A stretch of DNA of 64,000 nucleotides from Glaucostegus cemiculus (Eukaryota): assembly GCA_976551045.1 (NCBI GenBank), contig CDPCPM010000022.1, positions 18,600,001-18,664,000 of the forward strand, read 5' to 3'. A program made the position numbers and the translations under genes. Below, piece by piece: positions 26,891 through 39,704 of this stretch. The notes below the pieces were generated by a model that worked only from the letters and a program-made list of their open reading frames with translations, had not been told where the DNA came from and ran no database searches. Numbering within the stretch: the stretch's first letter is position 1; each line of letters starts with the position of its first letter.

Positions 26891-29062
26891 CAGGGAATTT
26901 CTAACATGGTGAATGCTGTTAAATGTGTGTAGACTTCTATCTAAGCAAACAACTCTTTTGTCTCTTCCATCTTAAAAGATTTCTAGCTTATTTTCTTTAA
27001 AGAATTGTAATTAAAAAATGGTACAAGTAGGGCATAAGACATTTCAGGAGTTTGTCTACATTTTTAAAACATTTACAATTGTTTGGCTCTAACTTATCAA
27101 AGTATTGATGTTCAGAATTGTTCTATTGTTAAATGGTACTTTTGTTCAAAATAAGCTCCAATTGACTCCACCAGCTATTCAGTTAGGGACTAGCTAGTTC
27201 ATAAATATTATTGGCATCTAAAGCCATATGTTGTTCAAAGTGTGATCATGCAATTAATTTTTGAAGTGCCCTTGTCAGCAAATCAATATTTAAATTAGCC
27301 AAGCAATATTTTTCCAAGAGCAGGTATCATCTTGGTTCTTTAGACATAAGGCTGAACGCATGGGAAACATTGTGTTGTTACAAAGCTATTGCTTTGGAAG
27401 AAGAAATAGATTTTCCTGTTGCATAGCTGTTATTTGAATTCCAATTCTGATAATGCTTTTGAATTGCTTTTGGCCAAGCAATTGGATTGAACCTAAACTG
27501 TAGTTGAAAGTTTCATCATTAGAGGAGTTAAGGCTATTTAGGCCTTGTTTACAGAAGTATATTTCTAGTCTGTTCATCATGGCAGAGTACTCAAAATAAT
27601 GGAACAGTGCTTGTGCTAGTTGAAAGGTTCCAAATGAAGTGGGTGAGGGGCAGGGGAAAGAGTGGGTACAGCAGCTTTGGAGAGTGTGTACAGTTTAAAG
27701 GATGATCGAAGGCTGTAGTTCATACACCAGCACTATCTGAGACAAATAATGGTGCATGCAAATTAGTGCAGATACAGTTTGATTCTTTTGATTTTTCTCC
27801 CCCCATTTTGTGTAACAGGCTTTGGTCATTGATTTTCAATGTATCAAATAATTTTGTGCATTCTTTAGCAAAAATTTAAATTGGTGTTTACAGTTCCTTG
27901 GCAGTACTTTGTTAAGTGCATTTCTGGATGGTTCTAGTACATTTTAAAATATTTTGCAGTGGCAAACACCAGATGCCTGATCAGGTGATTGTGAGCTATA
28001 AACACTGAGTGCAATATTAAATGTCAATTTTCTGTATTATAAAAAGTATCACATATCATTAACATTTTGTGGAGTAAAAGCAGCTATTTTAATTTTGAAG
28101 CAGATTTACTGTATTTAAATTTTTGTGGGCCTTCACATTCTGACAAAAATATTCAGTTAATGTATAAAGAAACTACATATAGCAAACTTTACTGTTGGGG
28201 GGGGAAGAGCTCCTATTTTGTTTTTAGTTTGGGGATGGAAACTTGGTACAAATTATTAAAATGTTACTTTCTGTATAATACAATATAAACAATTGCTACA
28301 GTGAAAACATCTGGTACTGCTTTAGTAAAGGGAACATTCTTCATTTAAAGATGCACTTTTTGTGTTCATTTCTGTTTGCATACATAACTTATTCATTTGA
28401 TGAATAATTAAGTCAAATGAATCCATGCTATTTCAATATCTGTGAGCCACAACCCTTGTTCTTCTCACCCCACACCACTCATTTTATATTTGCAAGATTA
28501 GAAGTTGTAAAATTTGAAACAATCAGTGGATGGAATTTTTTTTCTCTTGGTGAACTGTCTTAAGACTGAATTTGTACAGAATTCTAAAAGATTAACACAC
28601 CAAACTCTAAATAAGCTGCTCCAAATCAAAGCAAAAATTGCCACATGGAATTTGTCTATGCTTCAGCTGTGTACTTAGATTTCAAAAATCTGTTCTCATC
28701 GTAATATTTTTTAAAATGAATTCTACAAACTGAATGGTCCATGTCTCAATATCTGTAGTTTTTTTTGTATTTGTCGGATTAACCCTCAGTTCTGAATTGT
28801 ATTTGATTTTGGAGTGAGAAAATATATTCCCAAGTCCATAGTGTGAGGTTTGCAAACATTTACCTGTCAGACAGTTACTCATATTATGCATATCTTAACT
28901 TTGAAAAGTAAGAAACAGCTTAAGATTTAATGGAAGAATTATACTAATTTGAATCCAGGATTTGGTACACTACTGAACTGATTTGCAACTAATTTTCACT
29001 TTGCCTATATAGTTTTAGCAGTTAACTATTTTTGTGTATATTTGTGAATGTTGTGAGATGTC

Positions 29063-29110
29063 AATAAAATTGAGAATGGATACTAGGGCTGTTTAATTGT
29101 GTGATTTCAT
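29063..29110 (+). terminator. Candidate distal polyadenylation signal
   Basis: AATAAA at 29063-29068 with U/GU-rich flanks (tttgtgtatatttgtg upstream, tgtttaattgtgtg downstream). Confidence 0.5.
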
Positions 29111-30224
29111 TGTCCAAGGTAAGAGCTAATGTAAAGGTCGTAATATAGAGAATTACAATAAATTATGTGCAAACCACATTGAAATATTAAAATGAAATAT
29201 TTTGAATTACAAACTAAATGCAGATTCTACCTGGTTTATTAAGACTGGAGTATTTTTTAGATTCTAAGAATTATAATTACAAATTATTAAAATTTACATC
29301 ATAAAAGACATTTGACAGATTGTCAGTTGTGTACTTTTAAAGTTTCTTTTTTCGCAGACTTGTGAAACATTGGGTGTGATGATCAGGTTACCGAAGGGAT
29401 TCAAGATTAAGACTACTGTTTCCTCATTATTCATCTCAGTCGGAACTCCAAGTCTGACAAAGTACTATCAACCAAAGCCAGTGCTCTCCTAGGACATCCC
29501 AGCAGCATTTAACAGCTAACACCAGGTCTTAAACTGTTATTCATGATTGCCAGATGCTACTGCTTGATTTGAAATCCATATAAAGTTTCATGGGTGAGGT
29601 ACCATGGGTGATTTATCAGCTGTAGAATCATGGCATTCTCCAATAACCACAATGATGTGGGAGAAAATAGTTTCATTTTAAAAGCACTGTTTGTTCTTCT
29701 ATAGTATATTTCCAGTAATTTCTAGCAATTCTAAAAAGCACAGATTTACTATGGGGAAGTAATCTCAAAGGGGAAATATGCCATGCATACAAAAATGATT
29801 ATGAACTATACAGCTTTATTGTGTTTAGATCATTCCTTCAGAGTTTGAAATAAAATAGTGTTAAATGCAATTGACTTACAAAAGGTACTTGCTTCTATTT
29901 CAAAATAATTGTACATGATCCTTATGAAAACAAAATCCTATTTCAAACTGACAACACCTTAATGAGACAGGCTCAGAACAGAACTGGATCTGATGAGTCA
30001 CTCTGGACCACCAGCAGTGGCAGCAATGTATACTATGATGATCTGTAACCACAAGCATAGCTCTCATTCTATCATTGCGATCAAAGCAGGTGCCTGATCC
30101 AAGTTCAATAAGGAGTGTAGAAGGGCATACTGAGGGCAGAACTAGGCATCCCTAAGAAAGGGGTGCCAATCTGTGAAGTTGCAAAACAAGATAACATTGT
30201 TAAACAACATGCAATATATAATGC

Positions 30225-30500
30225 TCATTACAAGAGGACATTGCTTTAAGGTAATGGGTGGGAAGTTCGAGGGAGATATCAGAGGGAGGTTTTTTTTTAC
30301 CCAGACAGTGGTTGGTGCATGGAATGTGCTGCCTGGGGTAGTGGTGGAAGCAGGTACATTGTTCAAGTTCAAGAGATTGTTAGATAAGCATATGGAGGAA
30401 TTAAAAAATCGGGGGATATGTGGGAGGAAGGGGTTAGATAGTCTTAGGTGTGGTTTAAAGGTCGGTACAACATGGTAGGCAGAAGGGCTTGTATTCTATA
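30225..30500 (+). mobile_element. CR1 LINE 3' end
   Basis: TRGHCFKV.GGKF.GDIRGRFFFTQTVVGAWNVLPGVVVEAGTL..FKRLLDKHM. Confidence 0.9.
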
Positions 30501-30904
30501 TGTCTAAATCTTCGCTCAGCCTTGGGTCAGATCAAAGCTCTGCAGTCTTGCCACATCCAGTTGTAAATGATATTGCAAGAGCTTTATCCACCCTCAGCAG
30601 GACACAACACAGATGTACTAAAAGCAAGACTAAAACTTTTGCAAGCCAGTTTAGTGAGAAGTGTGGAATGATCCAACCTGGTTTCCTTCTGAGATTTCCC
30701 ACCATCCTTGTAGACAGTCTTCACTCAATTCAATTTGCTCTACATAACCAGAAAATATCTGAAAGTGCTGGATCCAGCAAAGACAGTAAACCAGGTGAAT
30801 TAGCCAAGCTGTTCCCATACAGATACAACACTGGTGCCATCCATCTAACGATGACAAAGATCATGCTGGTAAGTCTTTTTCACAAAATGCAAAACAAATT
30901 TAGG

Positions 30905-31165
30905 ACATAGCACAGCACAGAACAGGCCCTTCAGCCCACAATGTTGTGCCAACATAGTTAATCTATCCTACCTGCAGAATGCCCATATCCCTCTATTCCC
31001 CTCATTCATATGCCCATCCAAGCCCCCAATGAATTTGCCTTCACCACCCAATTAGGGAATACATTCTAGACATCCACCACTGAGTAAAAAATGTGCCCCT
31101 CATGTCTGTTCTGAATATAACTCCTCCTCCTCTCATCTTAAATGCATGCCCTCTGGTATTGCATC
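30905..31165 (-). mobile_element. CR1 LINE 3' end
   Basis: cacagcacagaacaggcccttcagcccaca...aaatgcatgccctctggtatt. Confidence 0.75.
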
Positions 31166-31299
31166 GATTAAATTTAAAGAGCTTAATCAGGCTAAGCCAT
31201 CTGTAAATTAATGGAAAGCATCTTCAACAGTTCTATAAATCAGCACTTATAAACTAATAACCTTATCATTGATGCCTAGCGTGTTTCACCAAAACCATT

Positions 31300-32315
31300 C
31301 TGCACCAGTCCTAATGACAGCCTTAGCCCAAACTTAGACTAAAGAGCTGAATTCCAAAAGTGATGTGAGAGTGACAGCCAATGTCAAGGACACATTTGAC
31401 TGAGTGTTATGCCAAGGAGCCCTGCTAAATCTGAAGTCACTTGGCATTGAAGCTAAAGTATTCCAATGGCTGGAGTGATAGCTCTCACAGAAGAAGATGG
31501 TTGTTGGAGCTTAATCATACTTATGAAGTGTTGCTCAGGGCAGTGTTCCTTGCCAACCATCTCCAGCTATTTCCATCAATGGATGTCCTTCCATCTTTGA
31601 TATCAGAAGTGGGGACTTTTGCTAATTGTGCAATGTTCAATTCCATTCTCAACTCTTCGGCAAGTGAAGCAGTCCAAGACTGCAAAAAGACAACATTCAG
31701 ACATAGACTTGTGGCAAATAACATTTTGTGACATGAATGACAGTCTCCAACAAGAAAAAGTCTAACCTCATACTCGGCATTCATTGCATTACCATTGCTA
31801 CGTTCCCCAACATCAACATCCTGGGGGTCACCAACTGCTGAACTGGACCAGCCAAGTAAATACCGTGGCTGCAAAAGCAGGTCAGAGGCTGGGTATCCTG
31901 CGGTGAGTAACTCACCCTCCAATACCCCAAGGCCTTTCCATCATCTGTAAGGCACAAATCAGGAATAATATGGAATACCCTCCACTTCACTGAATTAGGG
32001 CAGGTACAACAACATTCAGGAAACTCAACACCATCCAGGATAAAGCAGCCTACCTGATTGTAACCCCATCCACCACCCTAAACATTCATTCCTTCCACTA
32101 CCAGCACACAGTGATTGCAGGCTGTGCCATCTACAAGATGCACTGTTGTTGCTCACACTGGCTATTCCAAAGCACATTGTAAACCTGCAAGCTATATTAA
32201 CATAAAGGGCAAGGAACCAGGCATATGGGACCACTACAATCTGCATAGTACCCTCTGAGTCGCAGAGCACCCTAACTAGAAAATACGTCACCGTTTGCTG
32301 CATCTAAATCCTGGA
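31300..32315 (+). mobile_element. Old CR1-like LINE, RT region
   Basis: Decayed RT motifs (ctcagggcagtgttcctt reading QGSVL; gtcaaggacacatttgactgagtg resembling DVKxxFDxV); multiple stops. Confidence 0.7.
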
Positions 32316-32368
32316 CCAAAAAAAGTTGAACAAAAAAATTTCTAAAAAATTGTTACCTATATTACTCT

Positions 32369-32387
32369 AGCCACAGGATGGCGCTGT
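32369..32387 (+). promoter_or_regulatory. Candidate CTCF site
   Basis: agCCACAGGATGGCGCtgt matches CCASYAGRKGGCRS at 12 of 14 positions; nearby CpG-retaining gcacgtgcgcg. Confidence 0.45.
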
Positions 32388-32859
32388 AGGGAAAGGTCTT
32401 TGTGTATAACTTGAAGCTATATTGCACGTGCGCGTTAAAGGTGGCTTAAGGGAGAAGAGCAGAAAATTAACAGTCCTTTTAGTTGAAGTTTCTTTAATTG
32501 CCACAAATAGCCTTGTGGTCTTCATGATTTCTGGGGTAAATTAGTAACCAGTGATACTAACTTCAGCTCAAGCTCACTTAATAAGCACCTCAGCTATATA
32601 CTACAGAACATGAATTTTCAGAAATCCACATAGGTATAGGCACCAATATTTAAACCATGTACACAACCAGTATAAAATATGTCAAACCATGTTTTATTTC
32701 CACTTCAATCAATTATAAAGGCCAGATCTCAACATGTTAAACACAACGGGGATTTTGGATACAAACAGATGTTTACTTAGCAGTTTGCCTCTGCTAATGT
32801 GCAATTTTCTTGTGAACTCGGTCATCTCTAATTGGGGTGAGTTAACTTGCTACTCCAGA

Positions 32860-33860
32860 AGACCATAAAGCATAGGAGCAGAATTAGACCATTCATCCCT
32901 TCGAGTCTATGCCGCCATTTGATCATGGCTGATTTATTTTTTCCCTTTCAACCCCATTCTCCTGTCTTCTCCTCATAACTTTTATGATTAAGAACCTATC
33001 ACTCAAACGGCTTTAAATATACCCAATGACTTGGCCTCCACAGCTGTCCATGGCAATGAATTCCACAGATTCACCATCCTCTGGCTACAGAAATTCCTCC
33101 TCATCTCGGTTCTAAAGGGACGTCCTCCTATCCTGAGGCAGTGCCCTCTGGCTTAGACTTTCCAGCTGCTGGAAACTTCCTCTCCATGTCCACTCTGTCC
33201 AGGCCTTTCATCATTTGGTAGGTTTCAATGAGATTCCACACTCCCCACCCCCACCCCCACCCCACCCTCCATCTAAGCTCTAGTGAGTACAAGCCCAGAA
33301 CCATCAAATGCTCCTCATATATTAACCCTTTCATTCCTGGGATCATTCTTGTAAACCTCCTCTGGAGCCTCTCCAATGCTGACATCCTTCCTTAGATGCA
33401 CATCCTTCCTTAGATATGGGGCCCAAAACTGTTCACAATACTTCAAATATGGTCTGATCAACACTTTATAAAGCCTCAGCATTACATCCTTGCTTTTATG
33501 TTCTAGTCCTCTCAAAATGAATGCCAACATTTTCCTTACTACTGACTCAACCTGCAAGTTAACCTTTAGGGAATCCTGCTCTAGGACTCCCAAGTCCATT
33601 TACACCTCTGATTTCTGAATTTGCTCTTCATTTAGAAAATAGCCTACATCTTTATTCCTTCTACCAAAGTGCATGACCATACACTTCCCTACGCTGTATT
33701 CCATCTGCCACTTCTTTGCCCATTCTCCCAACCTGTCCAATTCCTTCTGCAGACTCGCTGCTTCCTCAATACTGCCTGCCCTCCACCTATTGTTACATTA
33801 TTTGCAAACCTGGCCACATAACCCTCCATTCTGTCATCCAGATCATTAACATATAACATG
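32860..33860 (-). mobile_element. CR1 LINE 3' fragment
   Basis: FMLYVNDLDD..EGYVARFA, LYKVLIRPYLKYCEQFWAPYLRKD, LERLQRRFTRMIPGMKGL; related to 42301-44869. Confidence 0.92.
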
Positions 33861-34129
33861 AAAAATGTGAATGAGAATATTGTCAGCACTGAGTACAGCA
33901 GGAAAGTTAACAACATCTGGTCAAAGTTCAAAGTACAAAGTAGATATCATTCAGTCCTTCATTCTGCTGTCATTAACCTTCCAGCCAGGCTACAGTATCA
34001 ATGCCTAACTAGGAAGAATTCTAAAATAAACCAAATCATTGTGTACTTCTGGGGAGGAAATGCAGTATCTCCACTAAAAAAACATAGCTATTGATATTAG
34101 CTTTAAATCTGATTCACTGGTAGTTCATA

Positions 34130-34350
34130 AATAAAAATACTGAAAATACTTAGCAGGTCAGGGAGCACCTGTGAAGGAATGGAGTTAACACTTCATTTTT
34201 ATGGTCTTTTTTTCAACTTTTCCTGAGAAAATTCCCATTGATGAAAGATGAACACTTTCTCTCCCCGTGGATGCTGTTTGTCCTTTTGAGTTTTTTCAGC
34301 ATCATCTGTTTTTGTCTTCGATTTCCAGCATCTGTAGCTTTTGTGTCACT
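34130..34350. mobile_element. Two Penelope-like termini in inverted orientation
   Basis: actgaaaatacttagcaggtcagggagcacctgtg (minus) then ggatgctgtttgtccttttgag...cagcatc...ttccagcatctgtag (plus). Confidence 0.6.
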
Positions 34351-35032
34351 GATATTTTATTTCTTTCCTCTGAGTGTTATGACTGTTACAGATGGATGTG
34401 AATTTCACCGTCATGGCCAGTGAAAGAGTAGGACCATACCAATTTTAATCATTTTAAAGTTTTCTACACCTATAGCCCCCTCTTGATGCCATCAATTGTA
34501 CCCGTGATAGGAGGAACTTGTATAAAGTTAAAAAAAATAGGTTGTCTTCCCAAGTCAGCGCTCTAACTTACTCAAAACTGAATAAGCTTGCATCATATCA
34601 ACTAATTTAAGCACGCACTTCCTTTGAAGTCCACCATTGTGTGGCAGAGACAAGAAGCACTGTAGAAAGCACCAACCAACTCCAGCAACAGCTCCTAAAC
34701 AACTCAGGCTGGAAAGACAAAGATACCAGGTGTATGGGAACAGTATGCCCTTCATCCTTTTTTTCAGTCATATTTTCTCCTCTCCTGCTGATTCAGTCAT
34801 GTGCATACTTGAACCCAGTCTCACAGTAGCTAAGAACAAATTTAATGCTGCAGATGGCTGCTAAGGAAGCAATGTTGCTGGGCAGTGGAACATTGAGTGA
34901 AATGGGCACCACAGGCCAAGGCAAGACCGCTTACTAGTCCTACAGTAGAGGAAGATGGATGAGGATAATACAGAGCCAAACAAGAAGAAGGTTTGGTGCA
35001 GTGGACAGCCTGGAAGCTTATGGCTCAGGATG

Positions 35033-35140
35033 AAAATCAGAATCAGGTTTGTATTCACTGACTTACACATTATGAAATTTGTTGCTTTGCGGCAGCAGTA
35101 CTGTGCAAAGACATAAAAATTACTACAACTTACAATAAAA
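35033..35140 (-). mobile_element. Isolated Rex1-type LINE 3' tail
   Basis: Reverse complement of 36190-36279, with (AATCAG)2 end. Confidence 0.8.
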
Positions 35141-35334
35141 GTTACCTAAATGTTGGAGGATTCAGTCTCCAGTTTGATTTATGACTTGAAGCAGAGCTTG
35201 GAAACAATCATCTCCACATGGAGCACAGATCAGTTCCAGTGAGTGACCTGAGGAGCCCAATTTCACTGTCAGATGAACAAGCTTTCAGCTTTCAGTGCAG
35301 TTTGACTATATTCGTAGACTGACAAACTGGTTGC

Positions 35335-36279
35335 CACAGTCAGTGCGATTCGGTAATAACATCTCCTCTTCGCTGATAATCAACACAGGCGCACACCAAT
35401 GATGCGTGCTTCGCCCACTGCTCTTCTCTCTACACCCGTGACTGTGTAGCTAAGCACAGCTCAAATGCCTTTTATAAATTCGCCTTTGTTGGTAGAATCT
35501 CAGGTAGCGACAAGGAGGTGTACAGGAGTGAGATAGATCAGCTGGTGTCATAACAACAATCTCGCACTCACATTAGCAAGAACAAGGAATTGATTGTGGA
35601 CTTCAGGAGAACACACACCAGTTCCCATAGAGGGGACAGCGGTGGAAAGGGTGAGCAGCTTCAAGTTCCTGAGCATCAACATCTCGGAGGGCCCAATACA
35701 CTGATGTATTCATGAGGAAGGCATGCTGGTGGCTCTACTTCGTTAGGAGTTTGAGGAGATTTGGTATGTTTCTAAAGACTCTTGCAAATGTCTACAGATG
35801 TATGTTGGAGAGCATTCTGACTGGTTGCATCACTGCCTGGTATGGAGGCTCCAATGCACAGGATCACAAGAGGATGCAGAGGGTTGTCGACTCAGCCAGC
35901 TACATCATGGGCTCAACCATCCCCACCGCTGAGGACATCTTCAAGAGGCAGTGCCTCAAGAAGGCAGTATCCATCATTAAGGATCCTACCATCTGGGACA
36001 TGCCCTCTTCGCATTAGTACCATTGGGGAGGAGGTACAGGAGCCTGAAGACCCACACTCAGTGATACTAAAACAGCTTCTTCTCATCTGCCATCAGATTT
36101 CCCCTCTGCCATGAACCCATGAACACTACCTTATTATTCCTTTTTTTAATATCATTTATTTATTTTTATAGTAATATATTTATTATTTTTATAGTAATTT
36201 TATGTCTTTGCACTGTACTGCTGCCACAAAACAACAAATTTCACGTCTCCTAAGTCAGTGATAATAAATCTGATTCTGA
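35335..36279 (+). mobile_element. Rex1/Babar LINE 3' fragment
   Basis: atcaacacaggcgcacacc (INTGAP-like), LYFVRSLRRFGM...ESILTGCITAWYG; ends aataaatctgattctga. Confidence 0.88.
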
Positions 36280-36637
36280 CCGTGAGCTGTTGCAGCAGAA
36301 GTCCACAAAGCTCCTGCTGCACTACAATCACCTACCACTGAGTGGAAAAGTAATACAGTGGAATCTCAGGAAGATGCCAAAGAGACTCAGATTCTTCAGT
36401 TATAGTGTCTCAACTGCACCATAATAAGTTGCCCATTGGATCACAATGCTGGCTGACCAGCCACCTCATGAAAACCATAGAACAGCAACCTACTCTCCTC
36501 AGTGGTCCTGCTCCCTCTCTTGGTAACCCACCATTGCCCTTGCAGTTTCCTGTCAGACTATTCAAGCCCCAAGGTGGTTCAACCTGAAGCTGTACCATCA
36601 TGGTTAATAGTCTCTCAAAAGAATCCTAAAGGACATT

Positions 36638-36890
36638 GGAAATGGAATTGGTTTATTTTCACTTGTATCGAGGTACAGTAAAAAACTTGTCTTGCATATC
36701 ATTTATACAGATCAATTTCATTACACAGTGCATTGAGGTAGTACAAGGTAAAACAATACAGAATGCAAAGTAATGTGTCACAGCTACAAAGAAATTACAG
36801 TGCAGGTAGACAATAAGATGCAAGGTGATAATGAGGTAGACTGTGAGGCCAAGAGTCCATCTTATTGTACTAGGGAACCAATCAACAGTC
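36638..36890 (-). mobile_element. Rex1-type LINE 3' UTR fragment
   Basis: Highly similar to 49755-50010. Confidence 0.85.
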
Positions 36891-38629
36891 TTAGCGACCC
36901 TCACCTCACGTGTGGCAACCACTTAGATTATACTTCCTAGGTACACCAAAATAGATAAGCACACAGGGACGCCCTGAAGGTAACTGGTAGAATGAATGGT
37001 CTTTTGACAGACATATGTTTACATCATTTTCATTCTATGTAAGGAGTGATTACAGCAATGGCTCAATTGATGATTCTTTTCTGTGTGTCCTTCATAGCAA
37101 AAAGGGTTTAAAGCAGACGGTGGATTATTATTTCTGAAAAGTAAGGTGGCAACTGTTGTGACTGCTGAAATGAGTCACATGGAGACTAGCTGGTAGATAC
37201 AATACCAAAATCAACACTGCAGATCTTCTGGAGAATCTGCTTCACTCCCCACACTCAAAAATACAGTGATGATTTATACTTTTTCAACACAAAGACAACA
37301 ATAAGCAATTAACTACAGTTTCAATGCCTATAATTACCTACTTTAACATTTTGAATATAGACAGGTAAATTTTGCAGAATTACATATTTACAAAGGAAGC
37401 ACATCCCAAATGGCAGAATTCATATACTGGTGGCTGGACTGAGAAGTTCTGAGCACAAACTCCAGACACCCGAGATATACATGTTTTGTTATGGTATTGA
37501 GGGATGGCTTCCTGAATATACAAACAGTGTGAATATTAAGTGACAAAACAGACATGTCCTGAACTGTGCATTAAGTAGCAGGGATAAACTTTTAGCAATG
37601 TATTAATACAAGAGGTGACCATTTAATGGATTCCCTGATCTCATCATAAAGATTTCAAGGAGCACCAATTAACGTGAACGTACATCTATTGTCTTTCCCC
37701 TGCATAGTTACAGTGGTACAGACTCAGAATGTCTCACACCCAATGATTGGTTTTAATGGCTTTAAGGTTTCAGTGGAAGTTGGATTGTAAACAGGTTTTA
37801 TTTCTGAAGACTAGTTCTCTCTTTAACTAATGCCTGCTATTTCCATATAATTCCATAACTCCAACAGTAACATGGCTCCAAAGTCTGATAGAGAGCATCT
37901 CTGAAAACTGGTCTACAACTACATTTACTGCACTCATTACATCGAGATTTGTGTCCTTGAATCTTCATATAATTTTTCATAGGATTTTGTATGGATTTTG
38001 AAAGGTCAAACAGGATTATATATCTCCTATTTCTTGCTGCTTGATTAAAAATCAAAAAGTAAAAGGATCTGACATCTTAAATGACCCTTCTCTCAAGAAT
38101 TCAACATAAAGGATGAAACAGCAGGAGTATTATACCATGTGACACACAATGTAACACCATCAGAATTACTGATGTAAGGTGACAGAAGAAGTGAAAATGC
38201 TATTTATTACAGTGTATTCTAAGATTTTCGACAGTGTTTGGGGGATTGAGTTCCCTGATTCTGTCAGTTTTTTCACAGAAAGTAACAAATCATTGGTCTT
38301 GATTATTATATATTCATTTTCCCTTTGCACCCAATTTCCCTTTTACTTTTCATTAGAAGCAAGATGCATCAGGATAGAGCTGAGTGCTCAATGATTACTA
38401 ATCAGGGAGAAGTTCTTACTTCTAGCAAATCAAGGGCATTGGGGATTCAGGGTAGTTTCCTTGAATTTAACAAAACATCGAGAGATCATGAAAACTTACG
38501 AGGCTTTGACAACTCTGACATGGTCATGGGTTTCCAAACACAAAGGTTGGGAGTCTCAAGATTTGGTAGATCTACTGGGGAGTAGGGGTAGTAATGGGTG
38601 AGGGAACCTAGGCTTTTAGCAATACCGAA

Positions 38630-38790
38630 CTGATCCAGTGTTTAAAAGATATTTGGCAAGTACATGGATAGGAATGGTTAAGATGGATATGGGCCAGATG
38701 CAGGTAAATGGGACGAGCTCAGGTAGGCAACTTGGTCATCATGAACATGTTGGGCCAAGGGACCTGTTTCTGTGCTGTTAAGTTCTACAC
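38630..38790 (+). mobile_element. CR1 3' tail
   Basis: tttaaaagatatttggcaagtacatggatagg...tgggccaagggacctgtttctgtgctgt. Confidence 0.8.
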
Positions 38791-38804
38791 ATTTATGAAA
38801 GTAT

Positions 38805-39092
38805 GAATATTTAACCCTCAACCGACATCACCGGAATCAGATCCCGATGCAGGGTTTTGACCTGAAGTGTCAACAGTTTCTTTTCCTCCACAGGTGCTGC
38901 TCGGCCCACTGAGTTCCTCCAGCAGATCATTTGTATTATCAGAATCAGATTAACTGAACATCATTCCAATATTATTTGTAAATGTTGTCCATAAGTGCTA
39001 CGTTCTTCACATTGCAACAGTATCTTACCCATTCCAAAGTGCTTTAAGGCTTCCTAAGGTTGCTAAAGGCACTATATAAATGCAAGCTATTT
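38805..39092 (+). mobile_element. Deu-domain SINE (SacSINE1-like) 3' half, interrupted by a nested insertion
   Basis: aatatttaaccctcaaccgacatcac...aaaggcactatataaatgcaag; colinear with 47820-48020. Confidence 0.7.
38843..38941 (+). mobile_element. ~100-bp Penelope-terminus insertion with 9-bp TSD
   Basis: Flanked by gaatcagat (38834-38842 and 38942-38950); contains ccgatgcagggttttgacctgaagtgtc and caggtgctgctcggcccactgagttcctccagcag. Confidence 0.8.
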
Positions 39093-39704
39093 TCCTTAAA
39101 ATTAGTCCAGTTAAGAGCCAGCCAAGGCATATAGGGCTAAGGCTTTTCTCTAAACTGTGCTGAAAGCTTCACAGTGATAATTGGTGTTTCTGGAATCATG
39201 CTGAGTACATTTCTGCATGAATATTGTGGCCCCAGTTGTCTTTGTCACACTGCTCCACCCACTGAGTTTCTGCTGTCTTGGGGAGGTGTGTTATGGTCAC
39301 CAGAAGGGAGGTAACATCTTGGCCACTGTCTCCTGGGCTACCCTCCACTCCCCAACTGTGGCCTTTGATGGCATTCTTCGTTTCAATTAGACATTGCAGT
39401 TGAAAATCCAAGAAGCGAAAATAATATCCAACTGTTTGACTAAAAAGAGTATGTAAGATACAGGCCGTTTGTTGGCAGGTGTTGCTTGCTGATAACACTG
39501 AGACAGATTACAGAGCAGCTCAGCAGGATCCCAAAAGTAGCAGTTCAGGCTATCAGTGCTCAGATGCTTTGTTGCTCTCCCAGGCCTCTGAGATATTTTA
39601 TATACTTGTTTCTTAGTCCCTTTATTCTATGTAGACAGTATCCAATTGTTGGAACAAGAGGCTGAGTATCAATTTTGTATTGTGCTCACTTGTATTCCCT
39701 CTTT

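Larger units (their letters stand above)
23357..29090 (+). other. slc25a36: Probable long 3' UTR of slc25a36
   Basis: About 5.7 kb of AT-rich sequence with no recognisable transposons after the stop; many TGTA motifs and several AATAAA; the true end cannot be fixed from sequence alone. Confidence 0.55.

Noticed and set aside
30500-30910. 136-aa ORF between CR1 tails
   Set aside because: No recognisable domain or splice context; length is compatible with chance.
33240-33415. (CCCCA)n tract and 18-bp duplication (LRKDVHLRKDV)
   Set aside because: Ordinary slippage events within a dead CR1 copy.
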